From Lingula anatina (Eukaryota > Animalia > Brachiopoda): a DNA stretch of 64,000 nt. This document shows, piece after piece, positions 53,801 through 59,800 of the stretch. Position numbers and translations under genes: made by a program. Under the pieces are notes generated by a model, which was not told the DNA's origin, searched no databases, and was given only the letters and a program-made list of their open reading frames with translations. The stretch is taken from positions 310,001 to 374,000 of the forward strand of contig CM120641.1 in NCBI GenBank assembly GCA_051362555.1. The letters run 5' to 3'. Position 1 is the first letter of the stretch; each line of letters starts with the position of its first letter.

Positions 53801-56800
53801 TTATGAATGGCTGTCAATAGGTCATTCACGTGGGGGTAATACCCATTAGACAACCGAAGCGTTTGAGGTTTTTGACCGTCGAAATAATTCAGAGAACTAT
53901 TTTCCACATTATTCCACGTTTTACAATAAAGTATTTCCGTCAAAGCTACTTCATATTGTCCGTGCAAATATAACGACGAGGACAGCTTAGTTCTAAACGC
54001 TTCGGGTCTGTTGCCTGGAAAAAAGTTGAAACTGCTGTTGGAAGGGAGTGTGATGTGAAAGGACGAGGCCATCGTTCCGACTAATCTTCGGAGGCCACAG
54101 CAAATCCTTTTTTATACTGTTTTGACGCGGGATGCGGGGACCCAACTGTTGAATTTGGAAGGCCAACCCTGCCATTTCACGAAATGTTCTTTCGATTTAC
54201 CCTTCCCTCTCGATTTCAAAATTTTTTCAACCCTATACACGTCATCTTTTTTTACGACGCGAATCATTTCTGGTCCATACATGACACCCTCAATCTCCTC
54301 TCCGTCGTAGTCTGCCACCTTGTAGACCGGCGGTGACCTGTTTAAACGTTGCGTTATCGTAAACAACTCCTGCGTCCAACCCTGCTCGTAGCCTTTCGCA
54401 AAGGGGGACCTATGTTTGCTCAATCGAACGGTGTCTCCGACGTTAAATTTGAACTTTGGTTTTTCTAGTTTTTTCCCCCCGTAAAGTTTATTCCATACCG
54501 CGTCCGAATTTTTTTCTTTTGAGGCCTCCGTCGGTGACATGCCTATACTCCGGTGTTTAGCCGCGTTGTACCCCGTCAGCAGTTGGTCGAGTGCGTGTAT
54601 GTACGTCAGCGTACTGTTGGCGGTGAAATATTTAAAAAATTTAGATTTTAAAGTCCTGTTCAGCCGTTCCACGATAGAGCTTTTTCGTTCCGACTTTGTT
54701 GTAAAAAACGATATTCCCTGTTCCTTGAGGTATGCTTGAAATTTCCTATTAGTAAATTCTGTTCCGGCATCTGACTGAAGGATAGCCGGTTTTCGACCTT
54801 CGGATAAAATTTTTTTAAACGCTTCTAAAACACTGTCAGCAGTTTTTGTTTTGATAGCAACAGCCCATGCAAATTTTGAAAATATATCAATCACGGTTAA
54901 AAGGTACTTATAACCCTTGTTGTGCTTAGATATTTTACCGAGGTCGGCTAAATCCGCCTGCCATTGCTGATCTGTACGACCAACCAGGACGCGATTGGTG
55001 CGAAATCTTTTTCTGACGTTGGCGTGTAGCGTATACGTATCTTGCTTGGCCAAAAACTCCTTAATCTGCTTTAGTCCGATTTTCTTTTTATCTCTTCGCG
55101 TCGCTTCATATAATTTCAACGCGCTTCCAAAGCTAGCGGGATTGGAAGGATCGTAATATATTTTCTTCAAGTAATCGTCTGTCTGTCCCTTACTTTTACC
55201 CGCTTGTCGTCTCTTCATCTTTTTCAACTTTAAAAGAGTCTGTATGTCCTTTGCATGGGGTTTTTGTCCACTTCGTCAAAGCCTATGTTTAACAGTGTTT
55301 TCACTGTACTGGGCGTGTACTTAGGTTTTCTTTCGTCGGCGACAAATAGCTGCACTAATTCGCGTCGCTTTTCGGGCGTCAGCGGAACATTTAGTGGATT
55401 CGCAAGTCTCTTCTCGACCGTGTTCATAGTACAGTGCGGACTGTGGCGTTCGTGTTCAACGTCCACTGCATCTCTCAACGGGTCCCAGTCTCTAAGACTG
55501 ACGCGACAGTTAAAACAAAGCACCGCGTCGTCTGTATTTGATGCGTCTTGGTCCCTGTAAAACCCGCTGATGGCTAAAGGTATAGGGTTGATGAGAAGTT
55601 TACCAGGCCAATTGAGAAAACTGAGAATCCTATCTTCTTCTTTACAATAGGGTGTTCGAAAAAACAAGGGCTTGTCTTCTGGTACACAGTCGGTGAATAC
55701 TTTACTGTCATCCATTCTTTAACTGGCTGATAAAATTGTAACTTTTATTTTAATACTCTTTTCGTTAGCCAATCAAAATAGTGCTCTTTGAATTAACCAA
55801 TCAAATCGTCTTATTTCAACCAACCATATATAAAACACGTTATTATAGTCTGCATTTAATTTTCATTTCAGATCGACAGCGACCATGGCACAGTACAAAT
55901 GCGAAGTGTGCGGCGCATCCTTCGACCGCGTCGATAACCTTAAACGACACCGGCTCACCCACACGAAGGAAAAACATGTAGCATGCCCCGAATGCGGGAA
56001 GACTTTTGCTCGTCGAGATAACATGAATAGGCATCTACGCCTCCACCCGGGGACCTCGACGAGTTTGAGCGAAGAACCAGAGGCCTCTTCGGCAGTTAAA
56101 AGACCCAGGATTCAAAGGGGGTCGGGAGCCGCCGACCGCGTCGTCATGCCCGACAATCTTCTACCCCCGGACGTCGACCCGTCGGTTGCCGAAGCGTACG
56201 GAAGCCATTGGAACAGCATACGGACCAGATCCTCGAGGGGTAACAAACTCCAAGACTGGTACAATATTAGATTGACCACCCTTCAACCCGATGCCCTTCG
56301 AGACGACCTGGAGCGGATCTTGGAAGATCAACGCACGGCGTTCAAGATCAACGTGTCGTACGGTTTTTTCTTAAGAAACAACGAGACCGGGCAGTTGAGG
56401 TACTACCACCCCAGCAGCAACAACCACTGCTTCTTAGAAGCGCCCGCTGTGATCCGCCACCGCCAGGATCTCGACGGTTTCTTCCACAACATTACCGCCA
56501 GAGATGTCTTAGAATGTGCTCGACAGGAGAGGCCAAATTCGAAGTGGGTGGTAGACACGGTCACCAACGCCACGTTTTACGTGACGAAGTTAAAGGGTCA
56601 CCCCATCGGGTGCGGGATCGACCTGCCTTCCTTCGTGCTTAAAAACAAGGGTCTCGTTGCCCTGCAAAAAAACAACCGAGGAAAAACGTACCGCGACAAT
56701 CTCTGCCTCTTTCGATGCCTCGCCTTGCACAAAGGTTCATCCGTCAGAGGACTGGAAACAACAACGAAGAAACTGTTTGATAAGTACAGGGAAAGCAAAA

Positions 56801-59800
56801 GAAAATGCAAACACAAAGGTTTCCAAGGCGTGGCGCTCCATCGACTGCACAAGGTGGAAGACCTCTTCGAGGTAAACATCGTCGTGTACGAACTGCAGCA
56901 AAACGAAGACGGGGACGTGTTTGCAGAACTCGTTCGTCGATCAACGGGCAAGCACAAGGACACCATGTCGCTGAACGTGCACGAAAATCATTTTTCGTAC
57001 ATCAGCGACGTGGACAAATACTGCCGCTCGTTTTGCTGTTCGAGGTGCAGCAAAATGTTCAAGAGCAAATGGTCCCTTCAGCGCCACGAACGGACCTGCG
57101 ACGTCCTCGTAGAGCACCGTTTTCCCGGCAAGGCGTACGCTCCCCAGCCCACCGTATTCGACCTCCTCGAAGACGAGGGCATTTTCGTCCCCGAGGAAGA
57201 CAGATACTATCGATATCGGGCGACTTTCGACATCGAGTGTCTGCTACCCCGTACGGAGGAGCCGCAGCACAGCGAAAAGCTGAGCTTAGAACACGAACAT
57301 CGTTTCCTCAGCGTCAGCGTGTGCAGCAACGTGCCTGGTCACACGAAGCCAGAATGCATCGTATCCGAGGACAATCCCGCGCTAGCCGTGCAGCAGTTCC
57401 TAGAAATATTGCAGAATATAAGCCGCGCGGCTGAAAAACTTCTTACCAACAAGTTTGCCTGGATCTTCGAAAAACTTAACGAAAAAATAGATCAAAACAT
57501 TCAAAAAACGATACAGGAAAGTGAAGTCATGGAGGAAGATGAAGAAACCTTAACAAACAAACATTACTTATCAAAACTTAGCCGTAGATTTAGTCAATAT
57601 TTAATGGAATTACCCGTATTAGGTTTCAACAGTGGGCATTACGACCTTAACGCCATGAAAACGCTGTTTTTTCCGTTGTTGTTGGACACCTTGAAATTTG
57701 TCGTAAAACGCAACAACAATTTCATGGTGTTAAAATCGGAACGCCTAAAAATCTTAGACATCTGCAACTATTTGGCTCCCGGATGCAGCTATAGTCAGTT
57801 TTTAAAAGCTTTCGAGTGTGCCGAGTCCAAGGGGTTCTTCCCTTACGAGTGGATGGACTCTTTGGACAAACTCGAGTGTGCAAGTCTCCCTCCACGCGAA
57901 GCGTTTTACTCGAAATTAAAACAAAGTAATATCACTGAGGAGGATTACGCATTGTGTCAACGCGTTTGGCATGAAAACCAGATGCAAACAATGCGCGACT
58001 TCCTCGAGTGGTATAACAACAAAGACGTTGAGCCAATGTTAGAAGCAGTGGATAAAATGTTCGCCTTCTACCTTGAGAGGGGTATTGATATGTTTAAAGA
58101 TGGTATTAGTGTACCAGGTTTGACATTGAAATACCTGTTTCAAAACGTAGGAGACGCATTTTTCACTCTCTTCGACGATAAGCACAGCGATCTTTACTAC
58201 CTTCTAAAAAACGCTATCGTAGGCGGTCCCAGCATCATCTTTCATCGCTACCACGAGAGGAATAAGACCTTTCTTCGAAAGGCGACATCCGAAGCTCCCA
58301 AGCTGTGCAAAAAGATCGTAGGGTACGACGCTAATGCCCTGTACCTGTGGTGTTTGATGCAACCCATGCCCACGGGTACGTTTATACGCAGACGCGAAGA
58401 GTCCGAGTATACGCGTGAATATTCTCACCCGCGAGGCCGTGAGGCCACGTTGTGGTTAGACTGGGTCGCTCGTTCGAGCAATATTCTCATTCGACATCAG
58501 TTCAACGGTACGGAAAAGCGCGTCGGGTACCGTCAGCTACCGGTGGATGGGTTTTGTCGAGAGACGCAGACCGTGTATCAGTACCACGGGTGTTATTTTC
58601 ACGGTCATCGGTGCCATTTAAACCGAAACAAAGATGGCACCTACAAAGAAATAAATGACACGAAAAAGGTCACTATGGAATCTTTACGTATAGAAACTGA
58701 AATTAATAGCGAGTACATTCGGGAATGCGGCTACGATCTCGTCGAAATGTGGGAGTGTGAGTGGAAAAAACTTCAACGCGAAAGCGAGGAAGTGAAGCAT
58801 TTCGTGACACAGTACACACTTCCCACAGAGCACAAATATCGGCTCACGTTCGGCGAGATCCTATTCGCGATTCGCAATGATAATCTGTTTGGCTTCGAGT
58901 GCGACGTAGAAGTCCCGCCGGAACTTAGACCAAAATTTTCAGAAATGCCACCCATTTTTAAAAACACAACCGTTTCCCGCGACGACATCGGTCCTTTCAT
59001 GAAACGTTTCGCTGAAGAAAACCGCATCATGAGTGTCCCGAGACGTTCGTTGATCGGGAGTTTTTTCGGCGAAAAAATTGTTTTGGCGACCCCGCTTTTG
59101 AAATGGTACCTAAACCACGGTCTTTGCGTGACGCGCATCCACCAGGTAGTCGAGTACACCCCGAAAGCCTGTTTCGAGCATTTCGGAAACTCCGTGAGTG
59201 ACGCTCGCAGGGAGGGAGACAGGGACAAGACCAAAGCTATCGTCGCCGACACCATGAAGCTTATCGGCAACTCGGGCTACGGGAAAACGGTGACCAACAA
59301 AGAAACGCACCGAGATGTGCAATATTGCGGCGAGGCAAAAGCCTCACAAAAAGTTAACAGTCACCGTTTTCGGCGTTTAGATAAAATTTGCGAAAACGCG
59401 TACGAGGTCGAGCTTAACAAAAAAATCATCAAATTCGACCTTCCTCTTCAGATAGGCGTGATGGTGTATCAGTACGCCAAGCTACGCATGTTAGAGTTTT
59501 ACTACGACTTCATGCTGAAATTCATGGATCCGTCCGATTTCCAATATTGCGAAATGGACACGGATTCCGCGTACATCGCCTTCTCGGCGGAAAGCTTAGA
59601 AGAATTAGTTAAACCTCACATGAGAGCGCAGTACGAAGCCGAGAAACATCTGTGGTTTCCGCGTACTGACACCCCAGAACACGAAGCCTACGACAAACGC
59701 ACGCCCGGGTTGTTTAAAGCCGAGTGGGTCGGTGACGGTATCGTTGGTCTCTGTAGTAAGACGTACTACTGTTTCGGGGAAAACACCGACCCGAAATTTA

